A stretch of 64,000 bases of DNA from an uncultured Alphaproteobacteria bacterium (lineage in GTDB: Bacteria; Pseudomonadota; Alphaproteobacteria; Rhizobiales; Xanthobacteraceae): positions 42,650-106,649 of the forward strand of contig CAVTZC010000012.1 in the NCBI GenBank assembly GCA_963739075.1. Direction: 5' to 3'. How positions within the stretch are numbered: the first letter of the stretch is position 1; each line of letters opens with the position of its first letter. A program made the translations under genes and the position numbers. Positions 8,691 to 21,029 of this stretch are shown piece by piece. Below the pieces are notes generated by a model. It was given only the letters and a program-made list of their open reading frames with translations, had not been told where the DNA came from and searched no databases.

Positions 8691-9713
8691 TCAGGCCGCC
8701 TTCTTTTCCATGTCGGCCTTCCATTGGCCGAGCGCGGCGAGACCGTTCATCTTGGCGCGATGTGAAAATGCGCGCTGGGCGGCGGCGACGTTTTCGCTTT
8801 TGCCGCGCCAGGTGGTCTGCGGCGCGTGCTGCAGCGCGCGGCCATAGGAGAAAGTGAGCTGCCATGGCAGATGGCCGATCTTGTTCATGGCGTCGAGGTG
8901 GGCGGTGGCTTCCTCGTCGCTCTGCCCGCCGGACAGGAAGGCGATGCCCGGAACCGCGCCTGGCACGCATTCCTTCAGCATCTTCACCGTCTTCTCGGCG
9001 ACTTCCTCGACCGAGGCGCGCTTTGCGCATTTCTTGCCGGCGATCGCCATGTTGGGCTTGAGCACCATGCCTTCGAGTGCGACGCGGTTGTAGTAGAGCT
9101 GCTGGAAGGTTTCCTTCAGCACCCACTCGGTGACTTTGACGCAAGCGTCGATGTCATGGTCGCCGTCCATCAGCACTTCCGGCTCGACGATCGGGACGAT
9201 CTGCGCCGCCTGGCAAAGCGCGGCGTAGCGCGCCAGCGCGTGCGCATTGGCGTAGACGCAGGTGTGGGTCGGGATGTGGGCGCCGATGTCGATCACCGCC
9301 CGCCATTTGGCGAAGCGCGCGCCTTGCTCGTAATATTTCGGTAGCCGGTCGGCGAGCTTGTCGAGGCCGATAGTGACCAATTCGCCCGGACAATTCGGCA
9401 GCGGCTTGGTGCCTTCGTCGACCTTGATGCCGGGAAGCGCGCCGGCCTTCTTGATGATATCGACCAGCGGCGTGCCGTCCTTGGCTTTTTGCCAGATCGT
9501 CTCGTCGTACAGGATGACGCCGGAGATGTGCTTCATGCCGTCGGCCGAGCGGAACAGCATCTCGCGGTAGTCGCGGCGTGCGTCCTCGGTCAATTCCACG
9601 CCGATCGCGTCGAAGCGCTTCTTGATCGTGCCGGAGGATTCGTCGGCCGCGAGGATCCCTTTACCGGGCGCGACCATGGCCAGCGCCACTTTGTTCAATT
9701 CATCGAGATTCAT
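8691..9713 (-). CDS. fba: Fructose-bisphosphate aldolase, class I
   Basis: MNLDELNKVALAMVAPGKGILAADESSGTIKKRF...; Schiff-base region ...VLKPNM.... ATG at 9713 preferred because GGAGGA lies 5-6 nt upstream. Confidence 0.9.
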   Translation of the reverse strand: MNLDELNKVALAMVAPGKGILAADESSGTIKKRFDAIGVELTEDARRDYREMLFRSADGMKHISGVILYDETIWQKAKDGTPLVDIIKKAGALPGIKVDEGTKPLPNCPGELVTIGLDKLADRLPKYYEQGARFAKWRAVIDIGAHIPTHTCVYANAHALARYAALCQAAQIVPIVEPEVLMDGDHDIDACVKVTEWVLKETFQQLYYNRVALEGMVLKPNMAIAGKKCAKRASVEEVAEKTVKMLKECVPGAVPGIAFLSGGQSDEEATAHLDAMNKIGHLPWQLTFSYGRALQHAPQTTWRGKSENVAAAQRAFSHRAKMNGLAALGQWKADMEKKAA

Positions 9714-9754
9714 GATTTCCTCCATCGCATCCCATCAGAATTCGCCGTTAGTAG

Positions 9755-10948
9755 TCATTTCACCCGCAGCACCTCGACCCCGGGCAAGGCCTTGCCTTCC
9801 AGCCATTCCAGAAAAGCGCCGCCCGCGGTGGAAACGTAAGTCAGGCGGTCGGCCACGCCCGCGATATTGAGCGCCGCCACCGTGTCCCCGCCGCCCGCTA
9901 CCGAAACAAGTTTTCCGGCCTCGGTGAGTTCCGCCGCCGCTTCCGCGACTTCGACCGTGCCGTTGTCGAACGGCTCCATCTCGAAGGCGCCGAAGGGGCC
10001 GTTCCACACCAGCGTCTTGGAGCGGGCCAGCACCGAAACCACCTGTTCGACGCTGCGCGGGCCGATGTCCAGGATCATGTCCTTGTCGCCGACGCGGTCG
10101 ATATCGACCACGCGCGAGGGCGCCAGCGCCTCGAATTTTTCCGCCACCACCGCGTCGACCGGCAGCACGATCTCGCGCTTGGCCGCTTTGGCCTCGTCCA
10201 TGATCTTTTGCGCGGTCGCGACCAGGTCGGCTTCGACCAGCGACTTGCCAACCGTCCTGCCTTGCGCGAGCAGGAAGGTATTCGCCATCGCGCCGCCGAT
10301 GATCAGCACGTCGACCTTCTTCAGCAGGTGGCTGAGCAGGGCGAGCTTGGTGGAAATCTTGGCGCCGCCGACGATGGCCGTGAGCGGGCGGGCCGGCTTG
10401 TCGAGCACCTTTTCGAACGCTTCTAGTTCGGCCTGCAAGGTTCTTCCCGCATAAGCCGGCAGCGCATGCGCCAGTCCTTCGGTGGAGGCGTGGGTGCGGT
10501 GCGACACCGAGAAGGCATCATTGACGAAAATGTCGCCGAGCTTGGCGAGTTGGGCGACAAAAGCGGGATCGTCTTTTTCCTCGCCGGGATAAAAGCGGGT
10601 GTTCTCCAGGCAGATGATGTCGCCGTTCTTCATCGTCGCCACCGCGCGTTCGGCGGTTTCGCCGATGCAGTCGTCGACGAATTTGACCGGCCGCTTGATG
10701 ATGTGCGCCACCTCGGCGGCCACTGGCTTGAGCGAATTCTTCTGGTCGCGCCCCTTCGGGCGGCCGAAATGCGAGAGCAGGATCACCTTGGCGCCCTTGT
10801 CGGCGATCTCGGTGATCGCGTGCGCCATGCGCACGATGCGCGTGCCGTCGCTGACCACGCCATTCTCCACCGGCACGTTCAGATCGGCGCGCACCAAGAC
10901 GCGCTTGCCCTTGAGGTCGGCCTGGTCGAGGGTGCGGAACGCGCTCAT
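9755..10948 (-). CDS. pgk: Phosphoglycerate kinase
   Basis: 397 aa: ...[12 protein letters not shown]...SHFGRPKG..., ...GGAKISTK..., ...GGGDT.... Confidence 0.95.
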   Translation of the reverse strand: MSAFRTLDQADLKGKRVLVRADLNVPVENGVVSDGTRIVRMAHAITEIADKGAKVILLSHFGRPKGRDQKNSLKPVAAEVAHIIKRPVKFVDDCIGETAERAVATMKNGDIICLENTRFYPGEEKDDPAFVAQLAKLGDIFVNDAFSVSHRTHASTEGLAHALPAYAGRTLQAELEAFEKVLDKPARPLTAIVGGAKISTKLALLSHLLKKVDVLIIGGAMANTFLLAQGRTVGKSLVEADLVATAQKIMDEAKAAKREIVLPVDAVVAEKFEALAPSRVVDIDRVGDKDMILDIGPRSVEQVVSVLARSKTLVWNGPFGAFEMEPFDNGTVEVAEAAAELTEAGKLVSVAGGGDTVAALNIAGVADRLTYVSTAGGAFLEWLEGKALPGVEVLRVK

Positions 10949-10974
10949 GGTTCACTCAACGCGGGCGCGCGGCG

Positions 10975-11982
<1,008 letters not shown>

Positions 11983-12047
11983 TGAAGTCGCTCCCGGATT
12001 TTCAACCTGTCATGGCTGAAATGGACCACGGCACGTATTGACACAAA

Positions 12048-14102
12048 TCAACTTTTCCCGAGTTTGCGGATGGCCGCTTCGGCGACCGCTTCAGGTGTAA
12101 CGCCGAAATGCTTGTAAAGGTCCTTGTAGGGCGCGCTGGCGCCGAAACCGGTCATGCCCACAAAGGCGCCGTCGGTACCGATGATCGCGTCCCAGCCTTG
12201 GCGCACGGCGGCTTCCACGCCGACTTTGATACGTGCGTCGCCGATGATCGCGCGGCGCGCCGCTTCGGGCGCCTCCGTGAGCAGCTCGAAGCAGGGCACC
12301 GACACCACGCGCGCCGAAATGCCGCGCGCCGCCAGCAGTTTTTTGCCTTCGACCGCGATCGCAACTTCCGAGCCGGTGGCAAAGATCGACACGTCGGCTT
12401 TGCCCTCGGCGGCTGCGATCTCGTAGGCGCCGGCGGTGCAGCGGTTTGTGTCGAGGAAGTTGCGGCTGAGCTGCGGCAGGTTCTGCCGGGTGAGCGCCAG
12501 CACGCTCGGGCGGTTTTTCGCCTCGAGCGCGAGCTGCCAACATTCGGCGGTCTCCACGGCGTCGCAAGGGCGGAACACGAGCAGATTGGGGATCGCGCGC
12601 AAGGCGGCGAGCTGTTCGACCGGCTGATGGGTCGGGCCGTCCTCGCCCAGCCCGATGGAGTCATGCGTCATAATGTGAATGACGCGCTTGCCCATCAGCG
12701 CTGCGAGCCTGATCGCCGGCCGGCAATAATCCGAGAACACCAGGAAAGTGCCGGAATAGGGGATAATGCCGCCGTGCAGCGCCATGCCGTTCATGGCGGC
12801 GGCCATGCCGTGCTCGCGCACGCCGTAATGGATGAAGCGGCCGGAGTAATCCGCCGCACTCATCGCCTTCATCGTTTTGGTGCGCGTGTTGTTGGAGCCG
12901 GTCAGATCCGCCGAGCCGCCGACCATGTCCGGCACGGCCGGGATCAGGCTCTCGAGCGCGAATTCGCAGGCCGTGCGGGTGGCGATCTCCTTTGGCGTGG
13001 CGGCGAGCGACTGCTTCACCGCGCGTATGGCGTCGGCGAAGGCCGGCTTCGGCAGATCGCCTTTCATACGGCGTTCGAATTCGGCCCGCTTTGCAGGCTC
13101 GATCGCGGCGAGACGTTTGCTCCAGTCGGCATGCGCGCCTTTCGATCGCTCGCCGGCTTTGCGCCACGCGGACAGAATATCGGCAGGTACGTCGAACGGC
13201 GCGTGCGTCCAGCCAAGCTTCTCGCGCGCGCCTTTGATCTCGTCGGCGCCGAGCGGCGAGCCGTGCGACGACGATTTACCGGCTTTGTTCGGCGCGCCAT
13301 AACCAATCGTCGTCTTGCAGGCGATCAGCACCGGCTTGTCGGACGATTGCGCCTTCTCCAGCGCGGCCGAGATCGCCGCCGGATCGTGGCCATCGACGCG
13401 CGAGGCGGTCCAGCCAGCGGCCTCGAAGCGCTTGACCTGATCGACGCTGTCGGTGAGCGACAAGGCGCCGTCGATCGAAATGCCGTTGTCGTCGAACAGC
13501 ACGATCAGCCGGTTGAGCTTGAGATGGCCGGCGAGCGCGATGGCTTCCTGGCTGATGCCTTCCATCAGGTCGCCGTCGGAGGCGAGCACGTAAGTCTTGT
13601 GATCGACCACGTCGCCGAATTCCGCCGCCAGATGCCGCTCGGCGATCGCCATGCCGACCGCGTTGGCGAGCCCTTGGCCGAGCGGGCCGGTGGTGGTCTC
13701 GACCCCGGGTGTGTGGCCGTACTCGGGATGGCCGGCGGTGATCGAGCCGAGCTGGCGGAAGCGCTTGATCTGATCGAGCGTCATCTCCGGATAGCCGGTA
13801 AGATAAAGCAGCGCATAGATCAGCATGGAGCCGTGGCCGGCCGACAGCACGAAGCGGTCGCGGTCGGGCCAGGCCGGATCGGCCGGATCGAATTTTAGGA
13901 AACGCGTGAACAGGACGGTCGCCACGTCGGAGGCGCCCATGGGCAGCCCAGGATGCCCGGATTTCGCCTGCTCGACGGCATCCATCGCCAGCGCGCGGAT
14001 GGCGTTGGCCATGTCGATATGGGCGACGGCAGGGGTTGCGGCCGCTTGCTCACGGCGCGCAGTGGGCGCCACGGCGGCCGTCGGCGAAGCGTTTGCACTC
14101 AT
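12048..14102 (-). CDS. tkt: Transketolase
   Basis: ...[26 protein letters not shown]..., ...GDGDLMEG..., ...[15 protein letters not shown].... Start uncertain; ATG 14102 chosen, ATG 14012 also possible. Confidence 0.9.
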   Translation of the reverse strand: MSANASPTAAVAPTARREQAAATPAVAHIDMANAIRALAMDAVEQAKSGHPGLPMGASDVATVLFTRFLKFDPADPAWPDRDRFVLSAGHGSMLIYALLYLTGYPEMTLDQIKRFRQLGSITAGHPEYGHTPGVETTTGPLGQGLANAVGMAIAERHLAAEFGDVVDHKTYVLASDGDLMEGISQEAIALAGHLKLNRLIVLFDDNGISIDGALSLTDSVDQVKRFEAAGWTASRVDGHDPAAISAALEKAQSSDKPVLIACKTTIGYGAPNKAGKSSSHGSPLGADEIKGAREKLGWTHAPFDVPADILSAWRKAGERSKGAHADWSKRLAAIEPAKRAEFERRMKGDLPKPAFADAIRAVKQSLAATPKEIATRTACEFALESLIPAVPDMVGGSADLTGSNNTRTKTMKAMSAADYSGRFIHYGVREHGMAAAMNGMALHGGIIPYSGTFLVFSDYCRPAIRLAALMGKRVIHIMTHDSIGLGEDGPTHQPVEQLAALRAIPNLLVFRPCDAVETAECWQLALEAKNRPSVLALTRQNLPQLSRNFLDTNRCTAGAYEIAAAEGKADVSIFATGSEVAIAVEGKKLLAARGISARVVSVPCFELLTEAPEAARRAIIGDARIKVGVEAAVRQGWDAIIGTDGAFVGMTGFGASAPYKDLYKHFGVTPEAVAEAAIRKLGKS

Positions 14103-14291
14103 GGAAATGGCCTGTTTGCGTGGGGTGGATAGCATGTGAGGCCCTTGAGTCAATGTGACCGCGCAAGCGCCGGGCAGCCATGCACAGGCGCGCGAAAACA
14201 TCGGGATAAATCGCCCGGCAAGCGTTGACGGCAGGATCGCGCAGCACGTAAGGTTCTTGGCTTAAATCTTTGCCCCCGCAAGAGTTTTTGA

Positions 14292-14585
14292 GTGCGGATG
14301 ACGGCGATGAGCGACCAAAGCACGATCGATCAAGCGGTAAAGCGGCTGGCGCTGGCGCTCGACTCGCTCGACGCCGCGGTTGAGCGGCGGCGGCAGTCCG
14401 ACCGCAGCGAGGAGGGGCTGGCGAGCCAGCTCCACGCGCTGGGCGTCGACCGCACCCGGCTCGCCGCCGCGCTCGACGGCGAAACCGCGCGCGCGCGCCG
14501 GCTGGAATCGACCAACCGCGAGATCGCGCAGCGGCTGGATACCGCCATCGCCAGCATCCAGTCGGTGCTGGATTCCAACGAGTGA
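14292..14585 (+). CDS. Small coiled-coil protein, DUF4164 / ZauP-like (the gene conserved upstream of zapA in alphaproteobacteria)
   Basis: About 95 aa, heptad-rich, immediately upstream of zapA. Start ambiguous: GTG 14292, ATG 14298 or ATG 14307. Confidence 0.65.
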   Translation: MRMTAMSDQSTIDQAVKRLALALDSLDAAVERRRQSDRSEEGLASQLHALGVDRTRLAAALDGETARARRLESTNREIAQRLDTAIASIQSVLDSNE

Positions 14586-14589
14586 CCTC

Positions 14590-14973
14590 ATGGCCCAGGT
14601 GAACGCGACGATTGCCGGCCGCCAGTTCCGCCTCGCCTGCGAGGACGGGCAGGAGGAGCATTTGCAGGCGCTGGCGCACGATCTCGATCAGCGCATCATC
14701 GATCTGCGCGCCAAGTTCGGCGAGATCGGTGACACGCGGCTGACGGTGATGGCGGCGCTGACGGTGGCCGACGAACTCAGCGAGGCCGCGCGCAAGATCC
14801 GCCGGCTGGAGGAGGAGGCGACCGCCTTGCAGGACGCCCGCGTGGTCGCGTCCGACCGCGCCAAGGCGGCCTCGGACGCGGTGGTCAATGCCTTCAACTC
14901 GGCGGCCGAGCGCATCGAAGGCATCACCAAGAAGCTCAACGCGTCGCTCAGCAACGGCGTGGCGATCGGATGA
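14590..14973 (+). CDS. zapA: Cell division protein ZapA
   Basis: MAQVNATIAGRQFRLACEDGQEEHLQALAHDLDQRI...TRLTVMAALTVADEL, followed by a coiled-coil tail. Confidence 0.85.
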   Translation: MAQVNATIAGRQFRLACEDGQEEHLQALAHDLDQRIIDLRAKFGEIGDTRLTVMAALTVADELSEAARKIRRLEEEATALQDARVVASDRAKAASDAVVNAFNSAAERIEGITKKLNASLSNGVAIG

Positions 14974-14980
14974 CCCTCTG

Positions 14981-15424
14981 ATGCTGAACGCCAAGGAGAT
15001 CGACGCGCGCGTTCGCGGCAGCTTCGCGCGGCAGACGATCATGACCACGCTGGGCGCGGAGATCGCGTCGGTGCGTTCGGGCGAGGTCGAGATCGTGCTG
15101 CCATTCTCCGACAGAATTCTTCAGCAGCATGATTTCATCCATGCCGGCGCAGTCGCCACCATCGCCGACAGCGCCTGCGGCTATGCGGCGCTCTCCGTCA
15201 TGCCGCGCGACGCGGCCGTGCTGACCACGGAGTTCAAGATCAACCTGTTGGCGCCGGCCAAAGGCGAGCGGCTGCGCGCGATCGGCCGCGTCGTCCGCAG
15301 CGGCAAGAAGCTGGTCATCACGCTCGGCGAGGTGTTCGCGGAGGAGGACTGCGCCCGCAAGCAGGTAGCGTTGATCACCGCGACCATGATGGTGATCGAG
15401 ACTGGTACCGGCCTGCGCGATTGA
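14981..15424 (+). CDS. PaaI-family (hotdog fold) thioesterase
   Basis: ...FIHAGAVATIADSACGYAA...TTEFKINLLAPA...GRVVRSGKKLV.... Confidence 0.8.
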   Translation: MLNAKEIDARVRGSFARQTIMTTLGAEIASVRSGEVEIVLPFSDRILQQHDFIHAGAVATIADSACGYAALSVMPRDAAVLTTEFKINLLAPAKGERLRAIGRVVRSGKKLVITLGEVFAEEDCARKQVALITATMMVIETGTGLRD

Positions 15425-15469
15425 CCGGAACGCCGCTGGCGTTGGCCACCCACAATCACTACATTGCCA

Positions 15470-15630
15470 AAGCGGGGCTGTGGGGCGCGACGGGGTCACA
15501 TTCCCCGGGGCCTTACGATCCTAACGGGAGCTGTCCCTGGCCGGGCTCGTGGGCTCGGTCATATGGCGCCCACCTACTTATGTAGGTTCCCGGGATCATA
15601 CTCCGACGGCCTTCGCGGCTCCGCACTTTT
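15470..15630 (+). ncRNA. ssrS: Candidate 6S RNA (ssrS); boundaries approximate
   Basis: 210-nt ORF-free gap directly upstream of 5-formyl-THF cyclo-ligase and downstream of zapA, which is the conserved zapA-ssrS-ygfA arrangement. Terminal pairing of GCGGGGC (15472-15478) with GCTCCGC (15618-15624), an internal hairpin ccgggctcgtgggctcgg, and an overall length of about 160 nt. Confidence 0.55.
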
Positions 15631-15634
15631 ATCG

Positions 15635-16225
15635 ATGTCCGACCTGACCGAAACCGCCCAGACGAAAGCCGCGCTGCGCACCGCAGCGCTCGCATTGCGC
15701 GACGCGCTGCCGACGGCCGAGCGGCAAGCGGCGGCGGAGGCAATCGCGGCGCGCACGTTTCCGGTTGCCGTGACGCCCGGCATCATCATCTGCGGTTTCT
15801 CGCCGATGAAGACCGAGATCAATCCGATCCCGCTTATGTGTAACCTGGCTGACGCTGGCGCGCAGCTTGCGCTGCCGGCGATCGCCGGGCGCGGCAAGCC
15901 GCTGATCATGCGCGCCTGGCATTTCGGCGCGCCGCTCAAGGCCGGGCAATGGGGCATCCGCGAGCCGATGCCGGAGGCGGGCGAAGTCGCGCCCGACATT
16001 CTGATCGTGCCGCTCGCTTGCTTCGACCGCGCCGGTCATCGCATCGGCTATGGCGCCGGCTATTACGACATGACCATCAACGCGTTGCGCGCGAAGAAGA
16101 AGATCGTTGCCATTGGTATTGGGTTCGCGGCGCAGGAAATCGTCAAAGTTCCCGCCACGGAACGCGACGCGCGCCTCGATCTCGTGCTAACGGAGCGCGA
16201 GATAATTGATTTCCGTGGGACCTGA
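15635..16225 (+). CDS. 5-formyltetrahydrofolate cyclo-ligase
   Basis: ...KAALRTAALALRDAL...; ...DILIVPLACFDRAGHRIGYGAGYYD.... Confidence 0.85.
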   Translation: MSDLTETAQTKAALRTAALALRDALPTAERQAAAEAIAARTFPVAVTPGIIICGFSPMKTEINPIPLMCNLADAGAQLALPAIAGRGKPLIMRAWHFGAPLKAGQWGIREPMPEAGEVAPDILIVPLACFDRAGHRIGYGAGYYDMTINALRAKKKIVAIGIGFAAQEIVKVPATERDARLDLVLTEREIIDFRGT

Positions 16226-16226
16226 T

Positions 16227-17048
16227 ATGCGTATTCTTTTTGTCGGCGATGTGGTGGGGCGGAGCGGTCGGACCGCGGTCCACGAGCGGCTGCCCAACCT
16301 CATCAAAGACTGGAAGCTCGATCTCGTCGTGATCAACGGCGAAAACGCGGCCGGCGGCTTCGGCATCACCGAGGTCATCTACAACGAACTGATCGACGCC
16401 GGCGCCGACGCCGTCACGCTCGGCAATCACGCCTGGGACCAGCGCGAGGCGCTCGTGTTCATCGAACGCGCGCCGCGCCTGATCCGCCCGGTCAATTATC
16501 CGAAGGGCACGCCCGGCCGCGGCGCCGCGCTGGTCGACACCAAGAACGGCAAGCGCGCGTTGGTGATCAACGCCATGGGCCGCATTTTCATGGACGCGCT
16601 CGACGATCCCTTCGCCGCGGTCGAGCGCGAGCTCGCCGCCTGCGCGCTCAAAAGCGGCGCCGACGCGATCGTGCTCGACATGCATTGCGAAGCGACCAGC
16701 GAAAAGCAATCGATGGGCTATTTCGTCGACGGCCGCGTCAGCCTGATGGTCGGCACCCACACCCATGCGCCGACCGCCGACCACCGCGTCATGCCCGGGC
16801 GCACCGCTTTCGTGTCGGACGTCGGCATGACCGGGGATTTTGAATCGGTCATCGGCATGACCAAAGACGAGCCGCTCAACCGCTTCCTGCGCAAGATCCC
16901 GGGATCGAAATTCGAGCCCGCCGCGGGTCCGGCCACGTTATGCGGCCTGGCAGTGGAAACCGACGATGCCACCGGCCTTGCCGCGCGCGTCGGCGCGGTG
17001 CGGCTCGGCGGGGTGCTGGAACAGGCGCGGCCGAGTTTCTGGGAATAA
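16227..17048 (+). CDS. YmdB-like metallophosphoesterase (TIGR00282 family)
   Basis: [15 protein letters not shown]...[15 protein letters not shown]...LGNHAWD...[10 protein letters not shown]...[10 protein letters not shown]. Confidence 0.85.
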   Translation: MRILFVGDVVGRSGRTAVHERLPNLIKDWKLDLVVINGENAAGGFGITEVIYNELIDAGADAVTLGNHAWDQREALVFIERAPRLIRPVNYPKGTPGRGAALVDTKNGKRALVINAMGRIFMDALDDPFAAVERELAACALKSGADAIVLDMHCEATSEKQSMGYFVDGRVSLMVGTHTHAPTADHRVMPGRTAFVSDVGMTGDFESVIGMTKDEPLNRFLRKIPGSKFEPAAGPATLCGLAVETDDATGLAARVGAVRLGGVLEQARPSFWE

Positions 17049-17116
17049 CGGATAGAGTTTATTTTCCCGCGCGCCCGGCCTATATACCCGCCCGGCATCA
17101 ACGAAAATCATTGGTC

Positions 17117-17863
17117 ATGGCTGGTCATTCCCAATTCAAGAACATCATGCACCGCAAGGGGCGCCAGGATAAGGCGCGCTCCAAGCTGTTCGGCAAACTC
17201 GCGCGCGAAATCACGGTGTCGGCCAAGATGGGCTTGCCCGATCCGGCGTTCAATCCGCGCCTGCGCGCCGCCATCCTCGCCGCGCGCGCCGAGAACATGC
17301 CGAAGGACAATATCGAGCGCGCGATCAAGAAGGCGCAGGGGTCCGACGCCGAAAGCTACGACGAAATCCGCTATGAGGGTTATGGGCCGGGCGGCGTCGC
17401 CGTGATCGTCGAGGCGCTCACCGACAATCACAACCGCACCGCCGGCGAAGTGCGCGCCACCTTCACCAAGAATGGCGGCAATCTGGCTACCACCGGCGCG
17501 GTATCGTTCATGTTCGACCATGTCGGCGTGGTCGAATTCGACGCCAAGGCGGCGAGTGCCGACGCGATGCTGGAAGCCGCGATCGACGCCGGCGCCGAGG
17601 ACGTGATCTCGAATGACGACGGCCACCAGATCCTCACCACGCCGGAAACCTTGAACGAGGTGGCGAAGGCGCTGGAGGCGAAGTTCGGCGAGCCGCGCAA
17701 GGCGGCGCTGCTGTGGAAGCCGCAGAACACGGTGGCGGTCGACGACGAAACCGGCGAGAAGCTGCTCAAGCTGATCGAGTCGCTCGACGAAAGCGACGAC
17801 GTGCAGAACGTCTACGCCAATTTCGAGGTGTCGGACGCGCTGGTGCAGAAGATGAGCGCGTGA
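17117..17863 (+). CDS. yebC: YebC/PmpR family DNA-binding transcriptional regulator
   Basis: [37 protein letters not shown]...[14 protein letters not shown]. Confidence 0.9.
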   Translation: MAGHSQFKNIMHRKGRQDKARSKLFGKLAREITVSAKMGLPDPAFNPRLRAAILAARAENMPKDNIERAIKKAQGSDAESYDEIRYEGYGPGGVAVIVEALTDNHNRTAGEVRATFTKNGGNLATTGAVSFMFDHVGVVEFDAKAASADAMLEAAIDAGAEDVISNDDGHQILTTPETLNEVAKALEAKFGEPRKAALLWKPQNTVAVDDETGEKLLKLIESLDESDDVQNVYANFEVSDALVQKMSA

Positions 17864-17869
17864 GATACT

Positions 17870-17961
17870 CCGCTCATTCCCGCGCAAGCGGGAATCCAGT
17901 GTCACGATCATAAAATTCGCGATTTGTCGTCCTGGGTCCCCGCTTTCGCGGGGACGAGCGG
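17870..17961. repeat. Bipartite hairpin repeat: inverted copy of 7777-7837 with a 31-nt insert
   Basis: The reverse complement reproduces both modules of 7777-7837 exactly (30 nt and 27 nt); an extra 31 nt sits between them. Confidence 0.85.
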
Positions 17962-18741
17962 AATTATCTCAGCGAGTTCGAACACCGGCATGCTGACGAT
18001 CCCGGCAACGGCGATGATGATGTAGGCCACGCGCCGGTAGCGTGCCTCGCTCGTGCCGTGAAACGAATAGACGCCGGCCGCCATCGCCAATGCGAACGGC
18101 AGGCCAAGCAATACCGAGAGCGTGATCGTTTCGCCGGTGAACAGCGCGCTCCAATAATACATTACCATCGCCAGCGCGGCCTGCGGCAGAAAATAGACCA
18201 TGATATTGGCGCGCACGGTGGCCGCCTTGTTGGCGCCGCCCAGCCAGAAGATCAGCAAGGGCGGCGCGGCGATCTGCACGGCGCCGCCGCCGAAGCCGGC
18301 GAAGGCGCCGGTAGCGAGCGAGGCCGGCACGGTCGGCTTGCCGTGATAGCGCCAGCCGGAGATCAACGCGACGAGCGCGACCAGCACCAGAGCGACGATG
18401 AGCCAGCGCAGCAGGATGGCGTCGACATAGACCAACGCCATCACGCCGACCGGCAACGCAATGAAGCCGGCGAGCGACACCCAAGCGACCTCGCGCGGAT
18501 TGCATTGCGGCGCCGCGTGCACCGTGAACGGCAAGGAGCAGATCGTGTCGATCAGCAGCAGCGTCGGCGCGGCCACCTTCGGCCCGTACAGCGCCGAGAT
18601 CAGCGGCATATAGATCAGCGCCGAGCCGAAGCCGGAAAATCCGCGCACCAAGCCGGCAATAACCGCGATCGCCAGCGCGGCGATGAACCGGCCGTCATGC
18701 AGCAGGTCGGAAAGCGCAGGGAGATTGGGGAGGGCGTTCAA
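17908..18741 (-). CDS. Sulfite exporter TauE/SafE family membrane protein; C-terminus and stop codon are provided by the REP element
   Basis: Polytopic membrane protein (...GLVRGFSGFGSALIYMPLI..., ...GAFAGFGGGAVQIAAPPLLIF...). No ATG near the conserved N-terminus, so TTG at 18741 is proposed. The last roughly 18-23 codons (...IIPLVPAKAGTQDDKSRIL*) read through repeat 17870-17961. Confidence 0.65.
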   Translation of the reverse strand: MNALPNLPALSDLLHDGRFIAALAIAVIAGLVRGFSGFGSALIYMPLISALYGPKVAAPTLLLIDTICSLPFTVHAAPQCNPREVAWVSLAGFIALPVGVMALVYVDAILLRWLIVALVLVALVALISGWRYHGKPTVPASLATGAFAGFGGGAVQIAAPPLLIFWLGGANKAATVRANIMVYFLPQAALAMVMYYWSALFTGETITLSVLLGLPFALAMAAGVYSFHGTSEARYRRVAYIIIAVAGIVSMPVFELAEIIPLVPAKAGTQDDKSRIL

Positions 18742-18861
18742 GGGACTATCCGTCTGGGCCGCCCTGCTTATCAGGGGCGCGGCGGGCAGGCGAGCCGTGT
18801 AAGGGGCCTTACCGCCAGTCCCGCCTAGGCGGACGCGGGGCGCGGGGTTATCAACGGGGCT

Positions 18862-19371
18862 ATGGGCAGGCATCCGATTCGCATTCTCGGCATCGATCCC
18901 GGGCTCCGCCGCACCGGCTGGGGCCTGGTCGCGGCTGACGGCAACCGACTGATCTATGTGGCCTGCGGTTCGCTGGAGACCAGCGAACGGGCGGACCTCG
19001 GCGACCGCCTGGTGGTCATCCATGACGGGCTTGCTAAGGTGATCGAGCGATACCGGCCGCATGAGGCGGCGGTGGAGGCCACCTTCGTCAACGCCAATGC
19101 AGTAGCAACGCTCAAGCTCGGGCAGGCGCGCGGCATCGCCATGCTGGTGCCGGCCAAGGCCGGGCTGGTGGTCGCGGAATACGCGCCCAACGTCGTGAAG
19201 AAGACGGTGGTCGGCGCCGGCCACGGCGAGAAGGCGCAGATCCGCATGATGATCGGCGTGCTGCTGCCGAAGGCCGACCCGCAGTCGGAAGACGCCGCCG
19301 ATGCGCTGGCGATCGCGGTCTGCCACGCGCATCACCGGACCAGCGCGGTGCTGAAGGCGGCGGCGTCATGA
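18862..19371 (+). CDS. ruvC: Crossover junction endodeoxyribonuclease RuvC
   Basis: [18 protein letters not shown]...[10 protein letters not shown]...[12 protein letters not shown]. Confidence 0.95.
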   Translation: MGRHPIRILGIDPGLRRTGWGLVAADGNRLIYVACGSLETSERADLGDRLVVIHDGLAKVIERYRPHEAAVEATFVNANAVATLKLGQARGIAMLVPAKAGLVVAEYAPNVVKKTVVGAGHGEKAQIRMMIGVLLPKADPQSEDAADALAIAVCHAHHRTSAVLKAAAS

Positions 19372-19985
19372 TCGGCAAGCTCAAGGGCATCGTGGACAGC
19401 TACGGCGCGGATTACGTCATCCTTGACGTCGGCGGCGTCGGCTATCAGGTGCATTGCTCGCCGCGCACGCTTGCTGCGCTGCCGGCGCAAGGCGAAGCCG
19501 CCACGCTGTCGATCGAGACCTATGTGCGCGAAGATCAGATCAAGCTGTTCGGCTTTGCGAGCGACATGGAACGCGAATGGTTCCGCCTGCTGCAGACAGT
19601 GCAGGGCGTCGGTGCCAAAGTGGCGCTTTCGGTGCTCGGCACGCTGAAGGTTGGCGATCTCGCCTCCGCGGTCGCCATGCGCGACAAGGCGGCGATTTCG
19701 CGCGCACCCGGCGTCGGGCCGAAGGTGGCCGAGCGCATCGTCACCGAATTGAAGGACAAGGCGCCAGCCTATGTGAGCGTCGATCCGTCCGTGGTGCATC
19801 TCGCGGGCGCGCTCGACGAGAAACGCGCCCCCAAGCCGGTGATGGATGCGGTGTCCGCGCTGGTCAATCTCGGCTACGGCCAGCCGCAGGCGGCCGCCGC
19901 GATTGCCGCCGCGTCGCGCAGCGTCGGTGAGACCGCCGACACCGCGACGCTGATCCGGCAGGGCTTGCGGGAGTTGGCGAAATGA
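19368..19985 (+). CDS. ruvA: Holliday junction branch migration protein RuvA
   Basis: [28 protein letters not shown]...LFGF...ERE.F..L..V.GVG.K.AL. Confidence 0.95.
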   Translation: MIGKLKGIVDSYGADYVILDVGGVGYQVHCSPRTLAALPAQGEAATLSIETYVREDQIKLFGFASDMEREWFRLLQTVQGVGAKVALSVLGTLKVGDLASAVAMRDKAAISRAPGVGPKVAERIVTELKDKAPAYVSVDPSVVHLAGALDEKRAPKPVMDAVSALVNLGYGQPQAAAAIAAASRSVGETADTATLIRQGLRELAK

Positions 19986-21025
19986 GCACCCCGCGCCGCC
20001 TGGTGGCCGCTGACAAACGCGACGACGACGTGGACGCCAATTTGCGTCCGCAGCGGCTGTCGGAATTCATCGGCCAGGAAAAAGCACGCGCCAATTTGTC
20101 GGTCTTCATCGAGGCCGCGCGGTCACGTCAAGAAGCACTGGACCATGTGCTGTTCGTCGGCCCGCCTGGCCTCGGCAAGACCACGCTGGCGCAGATCGTG
20201 GCGCGCGAACTGGGCGTGAATTTCCGCGCCACCTCCGGGCCGGTGATCGCCAAGGCCGGCGACCTCGCCGCGCTGCTCACCAATCTCGAGCCGCGCGACG
20301 TGCTGTTCATCGACGAGATCCACCGACTTAATCCGGCGGTGGAGGAAATCCTCTATCCGGCCATGGAGGATTTCCAGCTCGATCTGATCATCGGCGAAGG
20401 CCCGGCGGCGCGTTCGGTGAAGATCGATCTCGCGCCGTTCACCCTGGTCGGCGCCACCACCCGCGCCGGGCTGCTCACCAATCCGCTGCGCGACCGTTTC
20501 GGCATTCCGGTGCGGCTGAATTTCTATTCTGTGGAAGAACTCGAGCAGATCGTCAATCGCGGCGCGCGCGTGCTCGGCATCGGCATGACCGCCGACGGCG
20601 CCAACGAGATCGCGCGGCGCGCGCGCGGCACGCCGCGCATCGCCGGGCGGCTGCTGCGGCGCGTGCGCGACTTCGCCCATGTCGACGGCGACAAGGCGAT
20701 CGACCGCAAGATCGCCGATCGTGCGCTCGGCGAACTGGAAGTCGACAGCAGCGGCCTCGACGCCATGGACCGGCGCTATCTTCGCATGATCGCCGAGAAT
20801 TACGGCGGCGGTCCGGTCGGCGTCGACACCATCGCCGCTGGGCTGTCGGAGCCGCGCGACGCCATCGAGGACATCATCGAGCCGTTCCTGATCCAGAAGG
20901 GCTTCATCCAGCGCACCCCGCGCGGGCGGCTGCTCACCTCGCACGCCTTCAGGCACCTCGGCCTCGCCGAGCCGGCACGCGACCCGAGTCAGTTCGGGTT
21001 GTTCGGTGCAGAGGACGAGGACTAA
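19982..21025 (+). CDS. ruvB: Holliday junction DNA helicase RuvB
   Basis: [19 protein letters not shown]...; Walker [10 protein letters not shown]; ...LFIDEIHRL.... Confidence 0.95.
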   Translation: MSTPRRLVAADKRDDDVDANLRPQRLSEFIGQEKARANLSVFIEAARSRQEALDHVLFVGPPGLGKTTLAQIVARELGVNFRATSGPVIAKAGDLAALLTNLEPRDVLFIDEIHRLNPAVEEILYPAMEDFQLDLIIGEGPAARSVKIDLAPFTLVGATTRAGLLTNPLRDRFGIPVRLNFYSVEELEQIVNRGARVLGIGMTADGANEIARRARGTPRIAGRLLRRVRDFAHVDGDKAIDRKIADRALGELEVDSSGLDAMDRRYLRMIAENYGGGPVGVDTIAAGLSEPRDAIEDIIEPFLIQKGFIQRTPRGRLLTSHAFRHLGLAEPARDPSQFGLFGAEDED

Positions 21026-21029
21026 CGCC

